Shown: in pieces, positions 10,140 to 19,916 of the stretch | Position numbering within the stretch: position 1 is the first letter of the stretch | Layout: each line of letters starts with the position of its first letter | Assembly (NCBI GenBank): GCA_045578445.1 | Contig: JAZNKG010000040.1 | Location: 3,922-67,921, forward strand | DNA length: 64,000 bases | From: Alphaproteobacteria bacterium | GTDB taxonomy: Bacteria > Pseudomonadota > Alphaproteobacteria > RF32 > CAG-239 | Reading direction: 5' to 3' | Program-made: the position numbers and the translations under genes | The notes under the pieces: model-generated | Told to the model about the DNA's origin: nothing | Database searches by the model: none | The model's input: the letters and a program-made list of their open reading frames with translations, nothing else

Positions 10140-11177
10140 GTGTTATCTCGGTCTTATAGTGATGAAAAGGCAGAGATATTGTTGATGAGTTTGGATAAAT
10201 ATATAAAAAATAAACGCTCTAAATTCGCATTAATTTTTTTAATGTGTTTGATGTTATTGTCTTTATTTGCTGAGTTTATTGCTAATGACAAGCCAATTAT
10301 ATTAAAATATCAAGGAGAATATTATTTTCCTATTTTTAAGGTATATACAGATGCTAGATTTGGTGGAGATTTTCCAACTGAGGCTAATTATAAAGATGAA
10401 TTTATAAAAGATAATATTAATGAAGATGGTTTTATGATTATGCCGTTAATAGAATTTTCGTATAATACGGTTGACTTTGAGTTAAATGAACCATTTCCAG
10501 CATCTCCATCTTTTAGGCACTGGTTAGGGACTGATGAAGAGGGACGAGATATTGTTGCTCGTCTTTTATATGGTATTAGGCTATCAATGGTATTTGCGGT
10601 ATTGTTAACAGTTCTATCATCTGTTTTAGGAATATTTTTTGGGGCTATTCAAGGGTATTTTGGTGGCAAGTTAGATATTTTAGTGCAACGATTTATTGAG
10701 GTTTGGGAGTCTATGCCTCAGTTATTTGCTCTTATAATTATTGCGAGTGTTTTTAAGCCAACATTTTTTACCTTATTAGTGATTTTATTGTTGTTTTCGT
10801 GGACAGAGCTAACTGGAATGGTGAGAGCTGAATTTTTGAGAGCGAGAAATTTTGAGTATGTTAAAGCAGCCAAAGCTCTTGGTGTTAGTAATTTTAGGAT
10901 TATATGGCGACATATTTTGCCTAATGCGATGGTTGTTATTGTTACATTTGTTCCATTTATTTTAGCAGGTGGAATTGTTGCTTTAACTGCGTTAGATTTT
11001 TTGGGGTTAGGTTTGGGATATGAATATCCTTCGCTTGGAGATTTGGTTCGTCAAGGTAAAGATAATTTGCAAGCTCCTTGGATTGGTCTTAGTATATTTT
11101 TTGTACTTTCAATGTTATTGACTTCTCTGATTTTTATTGGAGAAGGAGTAAGAGATGCTATGGATAAGAGAAGATGA
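10140..11177 (+). CDS. yejE: Peptide/microcin C ABC transporter permease
   Basis: AEFIANDKP, HWLGTD..GRD..ARL.YG.R.S, VRAEFLRARNFEYV.AA.ALG, LGLG....SLG. Confidence 0.88.
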   Translation: MLSRSYSDEKAEILLMSLDKYIKNKRSKFALIFLMCLMLLSLFAEFIANDKPIILKYQGEYYFPIFKVYTDARFGGDFPTEANYKDEFIKDNINEDGFMIMPLIEFSYNTVDFELNEPFPASPSFRHWLGTDEEGRDIVARLLYGIRLSMVFAVLLTVLSSVLGIFFGAIQGYFGGKLDILVQRFIEVWESMPQLFALIIIASVFKPTFFTLLVILLLFSWTELTGMVRAEFLRARNFEYVKAAKALGVSNFRIIWRHILPNAMVVIVTFVPFILAGGIVALTALDFLGLGLGYEYPSLGDLVRQGKDNLQAPWIGLSIFFVLSMLLTSLIFIGEGVRDAMDKRR

Positions 11178-12766
11178 TGAATGAGACGATTTTAGATGTA
11201 AAAAATTTAAATATTCGTTTTATCCGTAAAGACGGGTCGTTCTTTTCGGCTGTTTATAATAGTAATTTTTATGTTAATGAGGGTGAGGTTTTAGCAATAG
11301 TTGGTGAATCTGGCTCAGGTAAAAGTGTTACAGCATTGTCTTTGATGGGATTGATTGATGCTAAAAAAGTTTTATACAAAAGTACCAATTCTATTGTTTT
11401 TGAAGATAAAGAATTAACATCACTTAGCGAAAATGAATGGCAAACTATTAGAGGCGATAAAATAGGGATGATTTTTCAGGAACCAATGAGTTCGTTAAAT
11501 CCTCTGTTGAAAGTAGGCGAGCAGATTGCTGAAGTTATTCGTTGTCATAAAAAAGTTTCTGATAAAAAAGCAAAGGCGAGAGCTAGATATTTATTAAAAT
11601 TAGTGGGTATTGATAATGCTAATGAAAGAATGAATGCGTATCCTTTTGAGTTATCAGGAGGACAAAGACAACGCGTTATGATTGCTATGGCTGTTGCGAA
11701 TAATCCTAAGATATTAATTGCAGACGAGCCGACTACTGCTTTAGATGTTACAGTACAAAAACAGATTTTGGATTTGTTGTTAAGGCTAAAAGATAAGCTT
11801 AAGATGTCTGTAATTTTTATATCGCATGATTTGAATGTAGTAAAAAAGATTGCTAATAGAGTTATAGTTATGCGTCATGGTGTTATTGTTGAGGAAGGAA
11901 GTGTAGGTAATATTTTTAATGCGCCATCTCATCCTTATACAAGAGAACTATTAAATGCTTTTAATAATAAGACTATAAGAAAAGATTTTATATCACGAAA
12001 GCTAATGGAAGCTAGAAATATTAATGTTAGTTTTGTTTTGAAAAAGAATATATTAGGTAAAACGATTAATGAATTAAAAGCTGTTAATGATGTAAATTTA
12101 GCTCTATATGAAGGAAAAACTCTTGGTTTGGTTGGCGAATCTGGGTCTGGCAAGACCACTTTGGGGATGTGTTTGGCTAATCTTATTAAGTACAAAGGAG
12201 AGATTTTATTATCAAAATCGGTAAAAATTAAAGATGAAAAAGACTTTAGAAAAAATGTACAAGTAGTTTTTCAAGATCCGTATAATTCATTAAATCCACG
12301 TATGACCATTGAAGATATTGTTGGAGAAGGTGTTTATGTGCATTTTCCTAAATTAAGTAAAGAGGAAGTGCGTAAGAAGGTTAAATTGATACTTGCAAAG
12401 GTTGGTTTGAGTGGGGATGATATATTAAAGCAATATCCTCATGAGTTTTCAGGTGGTCAAAGACAAAGAATAGCTATTGCTAGAGCATTGGTGGTTGAGC
12501 CAAAAATTATAATATTGGATGAGCCTACTTCGGCTTTAGATGTTACTGTTCAGGCTGAAATTGTTAAGTTATTAAAGCAAATTCAGGATACAACAGGTAT
12601 TGCGTATTTGTTTATATCTCATGATATGAAAGTTGTTAGAGCTATTTCTCATGAAGTTGCGGTTATGCGTAAAGGTAGAATTGTTGAATATGCTAGTGCT
12701 GATGAAATATTTAATAATCCACAAACACCATATGCAAAAGAGTTAATAAAAGCTTCTATAGGGTAA
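11174..12766 (+). CDS. yejF: Peptide ABC transporter ATP-binding protein with two NBDs
   Basis: Two GESGSGK Walker A motifs, two SGGQRQR signatures, two DEPT motifs; ATGA overlap with yejE. Confidence 0.88.
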   Translation: MMNETILDVKNLNIRFIRKDGSFFSAVYNSNFYVNEGEVLAIVGESGSGKSVTALSLMGLIDAKKVLYKSTNSIVFEDKELTSLSENEWQTIRGDKIGMIFQEPMSSLNPLLKVGEQIAEVIRCHKKVSDKKAKARARYLLKLVGIDNANERMNAYPFELSGGQRQRVMIAMAVANNPKILIADEPTTALDVTVQKQILDLLLRLKDKLKMSVIFISHDLNVVKKIANRVIVMRHGVIVEEGSVGNIFNAPSHPYTRELLNAFNNKTIRKDFISRKLMEARNINVSFVLKKNILGKTINELKAVNDVNLALYEGKTLGLVGESGSGKTTLGMCLANLIKYKGEILLSKSVKIKDEKDFRKNVQVVFQDPYNSLNPRMTIEDIVGEGVYVHFPKLSKEEVRKKVKLILAKVGLSGDDILKQYPHEFSGGQRQRIAIARALVVEPKIIILDEPTSALDVTVQAEIVKLLKQIQDTTGIAYLFISHDMKVVRAISHEVAVMRKGRIVEYASADEIFNNPQTPYAKELIKASIG

Positions 12767-12829
12767 TTTTATATAATAGATTTACGTTATCATCTTGTTT
12801 TGTCGCCTAATATTAAAGGTGTTTTTTTG

Positions 12830-12858
12830 TTGATAAAATTCTTTTTTTATGATACAAT
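12830..12858 (+). promoter_or_regulatory. Putative sigma70 promoter of the orphan zincin gene
   Basis: TTGATA-N17-TACAAT about 30 nt before the start codon. Confidence 0.5.
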
Positions 12859-12885
12859 TATATAGAAGTTTTTGATTGGACTATT

Positions 12886-14772
12886 GTGATGAGTAAAATT
12901 GGAAATTACATTGTTGGTGCAAGTGTTGTTGCAGTTATGAGTGGTTCACCTATGGAGGCTGAAGCACACAACAACTATGGTGATGATAATATAGGTGACA
13001 AAGATAAAGTTGTATATGTAGAAGACAATATTAGAGATACTCTTAAAAATGATAGTACCATAGCATGGGAAATGGTTGCTAATAATGAACAAGAATTAAA
13101 AAATACTCCGCCATCTAATCAGACAAAAGAAGAGTTAAAAGAAGAGTTAAAAGAAGATAGTTGGCGAGGATATGGCACAATAAGAGAAGTTGGTCGTGCT
13201 CCAAGAATTGATAATTTGCAGTATCAAAACGATACGGTTAGTGTAAGACCTGAGGCTGATGCTTATTATTCGCCAGATTTAAATACAATTACAGATAATA
13301 TCTTTGAAGGACAAGAACAAAGTATAGAAAGCACTTTATCTACGCTTGCTCATGAGGCAGAGCATATGCATCAACGTGAAAAAGTTAATTTTAGTGCGGA
13401 TATGAGCTTGGAGCAACATTATAAACTTCATTGCTATAAAGAAATTGGTGCTCAAGTTGCAGGACTTTTGCAATTGAGAGAGATGTATAAAGAAGCTCAA
13501 ACAGAAGAAGAAAGAGCTAATATTATAAAAGAAGGTAAAAAAGAAGGATATAAAGATTATTTTAGTAAAGTTGAAAATGGAGAAATTAATCCTTTAAGTG
13601 ATAAAAAAGAAGATTTTGATAAAGAAATGTCAGTTGTTATTAATTCTGTAAGTCGTCACTGGATGTCTGCAAGTGCTGATTTTTATGATGATAAGCATGT
13701 TAAAATGGCGCTTAGTGATGCTATGCATGCTGATGTATTACCAAATGAAGAAAATTATAAAGAAGGTGTAAGTCTTTTATTAACAATAGGTGGAATTGAT
13801 TTTTCTCAGTATTTAAATGAAGATATAGATTGTTATAATAGATCAGTTAAAGATATTGATAAAAAAATACAAAATGGTGAAGATTTTTTTGATATAAACT
13901 ATCAATTAGTTAGTAATAATAATGCTGATCATAGGTATTATGGTATAGAGTTTAATGAAATTGATGATTGTAAAGGATTTAGCTTAGAACAAAGATATAA
14001 TTTAGCAGTTCAAAAAGCATTTGCAGATAAGATTAAAGATGCTGGATTGGCTGATTTGGTTACTATGTATATGGACAATGGAATTGAGACAATTGATGCT
14101 GATATAACAAGAATAACAAAAGAGATTTGCGAACTTAATGATGTTAATTTATCTAGTTGGAATTTATTAATAAAATTGGGGGAAAATGAAGGAATTGTAG
14201 GAAAAGCTTCTGATAAAGAGTATCTGGAAAAATTACGAGAAATTTGGACTGTTGAAAACTCCAAAGGTGAAAAAGTTTGTCTGCTTGATGGAATGTTAGA
14301 AAAACCGGATTTTAGCGAATATGTATCTAGTAGTTATCCTCTTGAACAATTAGATAATCGTCCTTTTTTGGTAAAAGTTCGAGAAAATATAAAAGAGAAA
14401 CTGCATAAAAATGATAAAGAAGATGATAATAGAGCAACAGATTTTCAATTTTCTAGTAGTATAAGTGATATCGAGCCGTTAGCGGCTCCTAATTATACAA
14501 TGTCACCAACTCGCTCAGAAGTTATGACTACAAGCGAAATAATAGATACACGTACAGATTATTTGGCGCAAGAGCGAGAAAGCCGTATAGAAAATGCTAA
14601 ACAGATGCTGAGTGAAGATTTAAGAAATATTCACCCTAAAACAGAAACTGTTGATTTGAATAAACAAAAATTAAATGACGAACTTAGCAATATTCATCCC
14701 AAAACAGAAAATGTTGTTAACTCAAATGATTTAGTTATGGCGATGATACAACAAGGGCGTGGTATGAATTAG
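12886..14772 (+). CDS. Acidic orphan protein with HExxH zincin-like metallopeptidase motif
   Basis: AYYSP..N.I...TLAHEAEHMHQ...KEIGA; duplicated C-terminal NIHPKTE motif. Confidence 0.55.
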   Translation: MMSKIGNYIVGASVVAVMSGSPMEAEAHNNYGDDNIGDKDKVVYVEDNIRDTLKNDSTIAWEMVANNEQELKNTPPSNQTKEELKEELKEDSWRGYGTIREVGRAPRIDNLQYQNDTVSVRPEADAYYSPDLNTITDNIFEGQEQSIESTLSTLAHEAEHMHQREKVNFSADMSLEQHYKLHCYKEIGAQVAGLLQLREMYKEAQTEEERANIIKEGKKEGYKDYFSKVENGEINPLSDKKEDFDKEMSVVINSVSRHWMSASADFYDDKHVKMALSDAMHADVLPNEENYKEGVSLLLTIGGIDFSQYLNEDIDCYNRSVKDIDKKIQNGEDFFDINYQLVSNNNADHRYYGIEFNEIDDCKGFSLEQRYNLAVQKAFADKIKDAGLADLVTMYMDNGIETIDADITRITKEICELNDVNLSSWNLLIKLGENEGIVGKASDKEYLEKLREIWTVENSKGEKVCLLDGMLEKPDFSEYVSSSYPLEQLDNRPFLVKVRENIKEKLHKNDKEDDNRATDFQFSSSISDIEPLAAPNYTMSPTRSEVMTTSEIIDTRTDYLAQERESRIENAKQMLSEDLRNIHPKTETVDLNKQKLNDELSNIHPKTENVVNSNDLVMAMIQQGRGMN

Positions 14773-14888
14773 TGTTTTTAATTGTGGGAAAGTACTAGGC
14801 TTTATATGTACAGTTATTTTAGTTAATGATATGATAGTCCTGATAAATATATTTGATGTTTTTAAAAGTTATAAGGGGCGATTTATTT

Positions 14889-16700
14889 ATGTTTTCAAGC
14901 TTTAAAAAAGTTTGTTTGAGCTTAAAAAATAACAAGATTGTTTGGTTGGCGATAATGTTGTTGTTGCTAAATCTTGGGCTGGTTTTTCATTATTTTAGTC
15001 TTAAAAATAATTTACATCTTGATGAACAATGGTCTTATGCTCATGCTAATAGTTCTCAAGGTGCTTTTTTAACTAGTGGAGCTGATCATTTTTTAAGAAT
15101 ATCGGATGTAGCTCCTTTGTTTAATAGGTGGATTAATTTTCCTAGTTTGAACGATTATATAACAGTTCAACAAGATGAAGTATTTAAATATTCTCATATA
15201 TGGGATAATCTAAAAGTTGATGTTCATCCACCTCTTTATCATGTTTTATTACATACAGTAAGTTCTTTTTTTGTTGATAATATTAGCAAATGGCATGGTG
15301 CTGGATTGAATATTGTAATTTGGGTAGCTTTGTTGTTTGTGCTATATAAGTTAGCTGACTTGATTTTTAAGGACAAATTTATTGATTTAGCTGTGGTTTG
15401 TTTTTATGCTTTTTCGATGGTTGGACTTAATACAGTATTATTTATAAGAATGTATGCATTACAAACATTGTTGGCGGTTTGTTTAATATATCAAGTATTG
15501 TTAATGTTAGAAGATAAATGTATAAGCAAAAAAAGGATGGGGTTAATATTTTTATTTTCAGCATTAGGTAATCTTACTCATTTTAACTCATTAATATTTT
15601 CTTTTATTGTTTCTGTTTGTGGTGGAATTTATTTATTAAAACAAAGAGATTATAAAAAGTTAGTTGCTTTTGGTTTAGCAATGTTTTTTGGGTTTGTGTT
15701 ATTACTTATATTATTTCCTTATAGTAATGACATAATTTTTGGTTCAGCTCGAGGAAAAGAGATTTTTGACAAGATTAATTATAAACATGTAATTTTATGG
15801 TTGCTTGTAGGTATCGGTTTTATATGCGCAGGAATAGTTATTGTTCGGCATTATGATATAAAAAGAATATTTAAATTAGAGCGACTAGCCCTAGTTATAG
15901 GTGTTGGTTTGTATATTCTATATTTAAGAATCGACTATGATTTTGATAAAATGAGACATCTTTTAGATGATTTTTTTAATAAACTATATTTTGGAGAATT
16001 TATAACAACAAGATTAATTTCATTTACAAATATTAATGTTTGGTTATTTATTTTGGGCGTGATAGTATATGCAATATTAATTAAGATAAGATTTGTTAGA
16101 AAAGATATTTTGTTTTTGCTTTCTACTTCTGTTCTTATGGGGATGTGCTTAAATTATTTTATGCCACATATGTATCATTATAGAGATAGGTATTTTTTTA
16201 TTATAATGCCGATGTTTAGTATTTTGATAGGTTATTTGTTTGTTGTTGTATATGATAGATTTTTATCTAATTATAAAGCTAAAATATTGTTGATGTCTGC
16301 GTTAGTTTTATTAAATTCGTGTATGGTTAATTTTGAAAAAAATAGTCCATATTCTTTAGGTGCTAAAGAAAAAGATATGTTAGTTTGGGCAGAAATTAAA
16401 GATAAGCCTGTATTTGTGATAACTTCAGAAAGATGGATGATATATGAGTTAGTATATTATCTAAAAGATGCAAAAAAAGTTTATATGACATTACCTAATA
16501 TAAAAGATACATTTTTTTATGAAATGGATAGAAATAAAGATGCTTATTTGCTTGTTTTTAATAAAGATACAAGATTTGGTAATTCGTTGGATTATCCTAG
16601 AGAGAGGTTGATTGTACCACGTATTTTGGCAGATAAAATAAAATTTATCACAACTGTTAGAGCCAGTGAACGATATTACGATGTATATAAAGTAAGATAG
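14889..16700 (+). CDS. GT-C fold membrane glycosyltransferase (PMT_2/GT39-like)
   Basis: LDEQWSY..AN, DVHPPLYH.LLH and RMY motifs; many TM segments; very AT-rich. Confidence 0.7.
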   Translation: MFSSFKKVCLSLKNNKIVWLAIMLLLLNLGLVFHYFSLKNNLHLDEQWSYAHANSSQGAFLTSGADHFLRISDVAPLFNRWINFPSLNDYITVQQDEVFKYSHIWDNLKVDVHPPLYHVLLHTVSSFFVDNISKWHGAGLNIVIWVALLFVLYKLADLIFKDKFIDLAVVCFYAFSMVGLNTVLFIRMYALQTLLAVCLIYQVLLMLEDKCISKKRMGLIFLFSALGNLTHFNSLIFSFIVSVCGGIYLLKQRDYKKLVAFGLAMFFGFVLLLILFPYSNDIIFGSARGKEIFDKINYKHVILWLLVGIGFICAGIVIVRHYDIKRIFKLERLALVIGVGLYILYLRIDYDFDKMRHLLDDFFNKLYFGEFITTRLISFTNINVWLFILGVIVYAILIKIRFVRKDILFLLSTSVLMGMCLNYFMPHMYHYRDRYFFIIMPMFSILIGYLFVVVYDRFLSNYKAKILLMSALVLLNSCMVNFEKNSPYSLGAKEKDMLVWAEIKDKPVFVITSERWMIYELVYYLKDAKKVYMTLPNIKDTFFYEMDRNKDAYLLVFNKDTRFGNSLDYPRERLIVPRILADKIKFITTVRASERYYDVYKVR

Positions 16701-16714
16701 ATGTGATATTTTGC

Positions 16715-16743
16715 TTGCAAATTGTGAGGTGGGGATTTATAAG
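16715..16743 (+). promoter_or_regulatory. Putative promoter of tRNA-Arg
   Basis: TTGCAA-N17-TATAAG, 12 nt before the tRNA. Confidence 0.5.
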
Positions 16744-16755
16744 GTTTATTAGTGT

Positions 16756-16832
16756 GGCGGCGTAGCTCATCAGGATAGAGCAACAGTTTCCTAAACTGTG
16801 GGTAGTGGGTTCGAGTCCCGCCGCTGTCACCA
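16756..16832 (+). tRNA. tRNA-Arg(CCT)
   Basis: Acceptor GGCGGCG/CGCTGTC, anticodon arm ACAGT-TTCCTAA-ACTGT, T-arm GTGGG-TTCGAGT-CCCGC, encoded CCA. Confidence 0.96.
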
Positions 16833-16883
16833 AAATTATAGTTTGAATGAGGTTTTGAATTTTAATAAGATTAAAGTTACAAA

Positions 16884-17008
16884 ACTCGAACCCACGGGTA
16901 AGTGGGTTTGACTACAAGCGAAAGGCAGACGGTAGTATGCCGGCGAGCTTTAGCGAGTGAGCGCAGTGAGTGAGGCAAAGCCGAGCAGTCCCGCCGCTGT
17001 CACCAAAA
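16884..17008 (+). repeat. tRNA-linked repeat: inverted T-arm copy plus a split direct copy of the tRNA 3' end
   Basis: ACTCGAACCCAC (16884-16895) is the reverse complement of tRNA 16805-16816. AGTCCCGCCGCTGTCACCAAAA (16987-17008) equals 16814-16835. Confidence 0.85.
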
Positions 17009-17029
17009 ATTTTGATTAAGGATAATATC

Positions 17030-17509
17030 ATGGAAAAAATAGCAAGCTTTATGGTTAATCATTTGACTTTAAGAAGGGGAGTATACGTTTCTAGAGTTGA
17101 TAGATTTGGAGATAAAGTGATAACCACTTTTGATATTAGAATGACTAGACCTAATTTTGAGCCTGTGCTAAATACTGCAGAAATTCATACAATTGAGCAT
17201 TTGGGTGCTACTTTTATTCGTAATCATAAAACTTATAAAGATAAGGCGGTTTATTTTGGTCCTATGGGGTGTAGAACAGGTTTTTATTTGTTGCTTGAAG
17301 GTGAATATACTTCAAAAGATATTGTTCCTTTAATGATAGAAATGTTTGATTTTGTTCGTAAATATGAGGGCGAAGTTCCTGGAGCTAGTGCAAAAGACTG
17401 TGGTAATTATTTGGATATGAATTTGCCAATGGCAAAGTATGTTGCAAACAAATTTTTTGAAGAAGTTTTATTAAATATTACTGAAGAACGGCTAATATAT
17501 GCGGATTAG
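17030..17509 (+). CDS. luxS: S-ribosylhomocysteine lyase (AI-2 synthase)
   Basis: IASF.VNH, FDIRM.RPN, HTIEHLGAT, GPMGCRTGFY, PGAS..DCGNY; AAGGA RBS before ATG 17030. Confidence 0.95.
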   Translation: MEKIASFMVNHLTLRRGVYVSRVDRFGDKVITTFDIRMTRPNFEPVLNTAEIHTIEHLGATFIRNHKTYKDKAVYFGPMGCRTGFYLLLEGEYTSKDIVPLMIEMFDFVRKYEGEVPGASAKDCGNYLDMNLPMAKYVANKFFEEVLLNITEERLIYAD

Positions 17510-17516
17510 ATGTTAT

Positions 17517-17543
17517 AAAAGAGGGTTTTAGCCCTCTTTTTTT
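17517..17543 (+). terminator. Intrinsic terminator after luxS
   Basis: AAAGAGGG-loop-CCCTCTTT followed by a T tract. Confidence 0.8.
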
Positions 17544-17568
17544 ATTAAAATTTTATGTCGCTTTTTGC

Positions 17569-17597
17569 TTGCATAGGTCATTTTTTTGTGTTACAAT
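17569..17597 (+). promoter_or_regulatory. Putative sigma70 promoter of the three-gene orphan operon
   Basis: TTGCAT-N17-TACAAT with an extended TG. Confidence 0.55.
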
Positions 17598-17637
17598 ATG
17601 TATGTAATAAGGGAATTTTTATGGCAGGAGATATGTC

Positions 17638-19032
17638 ATGGGAAAGATAAGTAGTGATTTTGAGCGTTTTTTATATGCTAACTATCCAGATGATTATATG
17701 AGAGCTACAGCAGAAGATGTACCTGATGATGTAATTACTGCTATTTTGTCGCGTCATAGTTTTCATTATGAAGTGTGGAAAGATATTCCAGAGTGGATAC
17801 GTGCGGAATATAGAGATGATATTCCTGTTGAAGTTTTGAATGGCAATACACGTGTAGAAGATTTTATTTATGATGAGTATGAAAAGTTAACTCCTGAAGG
17901 ACAAGAAAAGGCAAAAGAAGAACAAGAAAAAGAAGAACGTGATGCTATGTTTGTGGCTAATCTTACAGTGGCATTTTTGGCTGCAGGATATACAGCAGAA
18001 GCTGTATCTCATATGGCTGAAAACCATAGAGAACGTAGTAGTATTCTTAAACAAATGGGAATTTATGGTCGTACTCCAGAATTGGTTGCTGCATATCGTG
18101 CCACTAGAGAAAGTGATAAAAAGATTATTGAAGACGAGTATGATGGAAACGAAAAACTTGTTCATAAAAAGGTATTACGTTTAGTTAAGCAATTAAACCG
18201 TATGAAACGTAGTAAAGATGGATATGATGAAGAAAAATATAGAGAAACAGAAGCAAAATTAAAAGAAGTTATGGCTTTTGTAGCATCTAATCCAGAAGCT
18301 CGTAAAAAAATTGAAGAGCATTTAAAAGACCCTGTTGCAAAAAGTGCTTTAAGGCATTTAGTACCAGAAGTAAGTGCTATGTTCGGTTCTTTAATGGGTG
18401 AGGCAGATTTATTACCAGCATTGCAAGAAGCAATGGCAAAGAGTGACAAAACTAAAGGAGCTGGAGTAATAACAACAGCATTGGCATCTTCTAAAGCTCA
18501 AGATGTTGAGGTTATGGCAAAATCGTTTGAACAAACTCCAGAAAAAAGTGTTTTGAGATTTGCTAAAGCATTAAGTCGTATGCAAAAGTCTCAAAATGGG
18601 TATGATGAAAAAGAATATGCAATTTTAGAAGAGAAGTTACAAAATGCGGTGGCTCTATTATCTGGTAATGATGAGCTAAAAAAAGGTATTGTAGATTATT
18701 TGAAACAGCCATCATCTCAAGGCGCTATACGTAATTTGACAGATGATATTAGAAATAAATTTGTGCTATCTCTAAAAGATGTGGGAATTTTGGTTAATCC
18801 TAATGAAGGTGGTCAGAAGAATTATGAAATTAGTCGTGATACTCTAGTTGAAGGATTAAAGAAAGATTTTGCTGAATGTGAAAAAATGGAGAAGATTCTT
18901 GCTAATAAATTGGGACACAAGAATGTTGAATTTATGAAAGCAAGGGTTCAAGATGTTGTTAGCACTATACCTAATGACAAAATTGATAAATTAGTAATGA
19001 TGAGTAGAGGAGAAAATGTTTCTATAACATAA
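17638..19032 (+). CDS. Hypothetical helical protein, orphan paralog 1 (modules A+B+C+C)
   Basis: AGGAG RBS; shares segments with the next two ORFs; internal repeat of about 85 aa. Confidence 0.8.
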   Translation: MGKISSDFERFLYANYPDDYMRATAEDVPDDVITAILSRHSFHYEVWKDIPEWIRAEYRDDIPVEVLNGNTRVEDFIYDEYEKLTPEGQEKAKEEQEKEERDAMFVANLTVAFLAAGYTAEAVSHMAENHRERSSILKQMGIYGRTPELVAAYRATRESDKKIIEDEYDGNEKLVHKKVLRLVKQLNRMKRSKDGYDEEKYRETEAKLKEVMAFVASNPEARKKIEEHLKDPVAKSALRHLVPEVSAMFGSLMGEADLLPALQEAMAKSDKTKGAGVITTALASSKAQDVEVMAKSFEQTPEKSVLRFAKALSRMQKSQNGYDEKEYAILEEKLQNAVALLSGNDELKKGIVDYLKQPSSQGAIRNLTDDIRNKFVLSLKDVGILVNPNEGGQKNYEISRDTLVEGLKKDFAECEKMEKILANKLGHKNVEFMKARVQDVVSTIPNDKIDKLVMMSRGENVSIT

Positions 19033-19049
19033 TCTCCTAGGAGGTTGAT

Positions 19050-19916
19050 ATGATAAGCAAATCGGCTGATTTTGAGCATTTTATGGAGGTGCATTTTCCA
19101 GATGCTTATCGTAGACTTACAGCAGAAAATGTTAAAGATGATGTGTATGTAGCAATATTTTCTGAATATGAAGCCCGTTTTAAGAAGTGGCAGAGTGTTC
19201 CTCAATGGATAAAAGACTTTTATAGAGATGTTCTTCCTCCAGAAGTTCTTAATGGTAACATTACTGTTGATGATTTTGTTGAAAATTTAGAATATGTGTA
19301 TTTGAGAAGTCCGGATAATGATATAGCGAGTATTCGTTCAAATAATTTCAGAAATGTTTTGTATGTTGAAAATATGAAAAAAGAAGAATATGAGGATAAA
19401 ATATCTAGAGGATATAGTCCTAAACATGCAATACAACTAGTTGAAAATAAACACGTTAGAGATTGTTTGTGTGCGGCTTGTTATAATCGTAAAATGACTG
19501 AAGAAGAACGTAAAATGTGGCGAGATTCTAGAAAAAGAGATAGTCATATTATTGAAGAAAGCTTTAGAAAAGACCAACCTGAAAAAATGGCGTATCATAG
19601 CATTAAGCAATATGATATTAATATGCGTAAGATGCGTAAAGAAAAATTAGCTAAGAAAAAAGTAGAGTATTTTCTAAAGGCGATGAAGTGTAAATTTGAA
19701 ATTTTCAAACATTTACCACGAGTTAAAGATAAAAAACTTAGAAGAGGATTGATGCGTATGTACATTGTGTCTCGTGATAATTTGGGTTATAAGAGAATGA
19801 GTGAAGAGCGTAAGAAAATTGCTAAATATGTAGTGGCAAAACCACCTAAAAAGAGAGTTAATAAAAAAGCTATGGCAGATGTAATGGCTCAATTAGGTGT
19901 GAATACTAAAATGTAA
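19050..19916 (+). CDS. Hypothetical basic protein, orphan paralog 2 (modules A+B)
   Basis: AGGAGG RBS; N-terminus aligns with 17638 (DFE.F....PD.Y.R.TAE.V.DDV..AI, P.WI...YRD..P.EVLNGN..V.DF). Confidence 0.8.
   Translation: MISKSADFEHFMEVHFPDAYRRLTAENVKDDVYVAIFSEYEARFKKWQSVPQWIKDFYRDVLPPEVLNGNITVDDFVENLEYVYLRSPDNDIASIRSNNFRNVLYVENMKKEEYEDKISRGYSPKHAIQLVENKHVRDCLCAACYNRKMTEEERKMWRDSRKRDSHIIEESFRKDQPEKMAYHSIKQYDINMRKMRKEKLAKKKVEYFLKAMKCKFEIFKHLPRVKDKKLRRGLMRMYIVSRDNLGYKRMSEERKKIAKYVVAKPPKKRVNKKAMADVMAQLGVNTKM

Noticed and set aside
16970-17029. 20-codon N-terminal extension of LuxS
   Set aside because: Reads through the tRNA-derived repeat; the family N-terminus and RBS point to ATG 17030.
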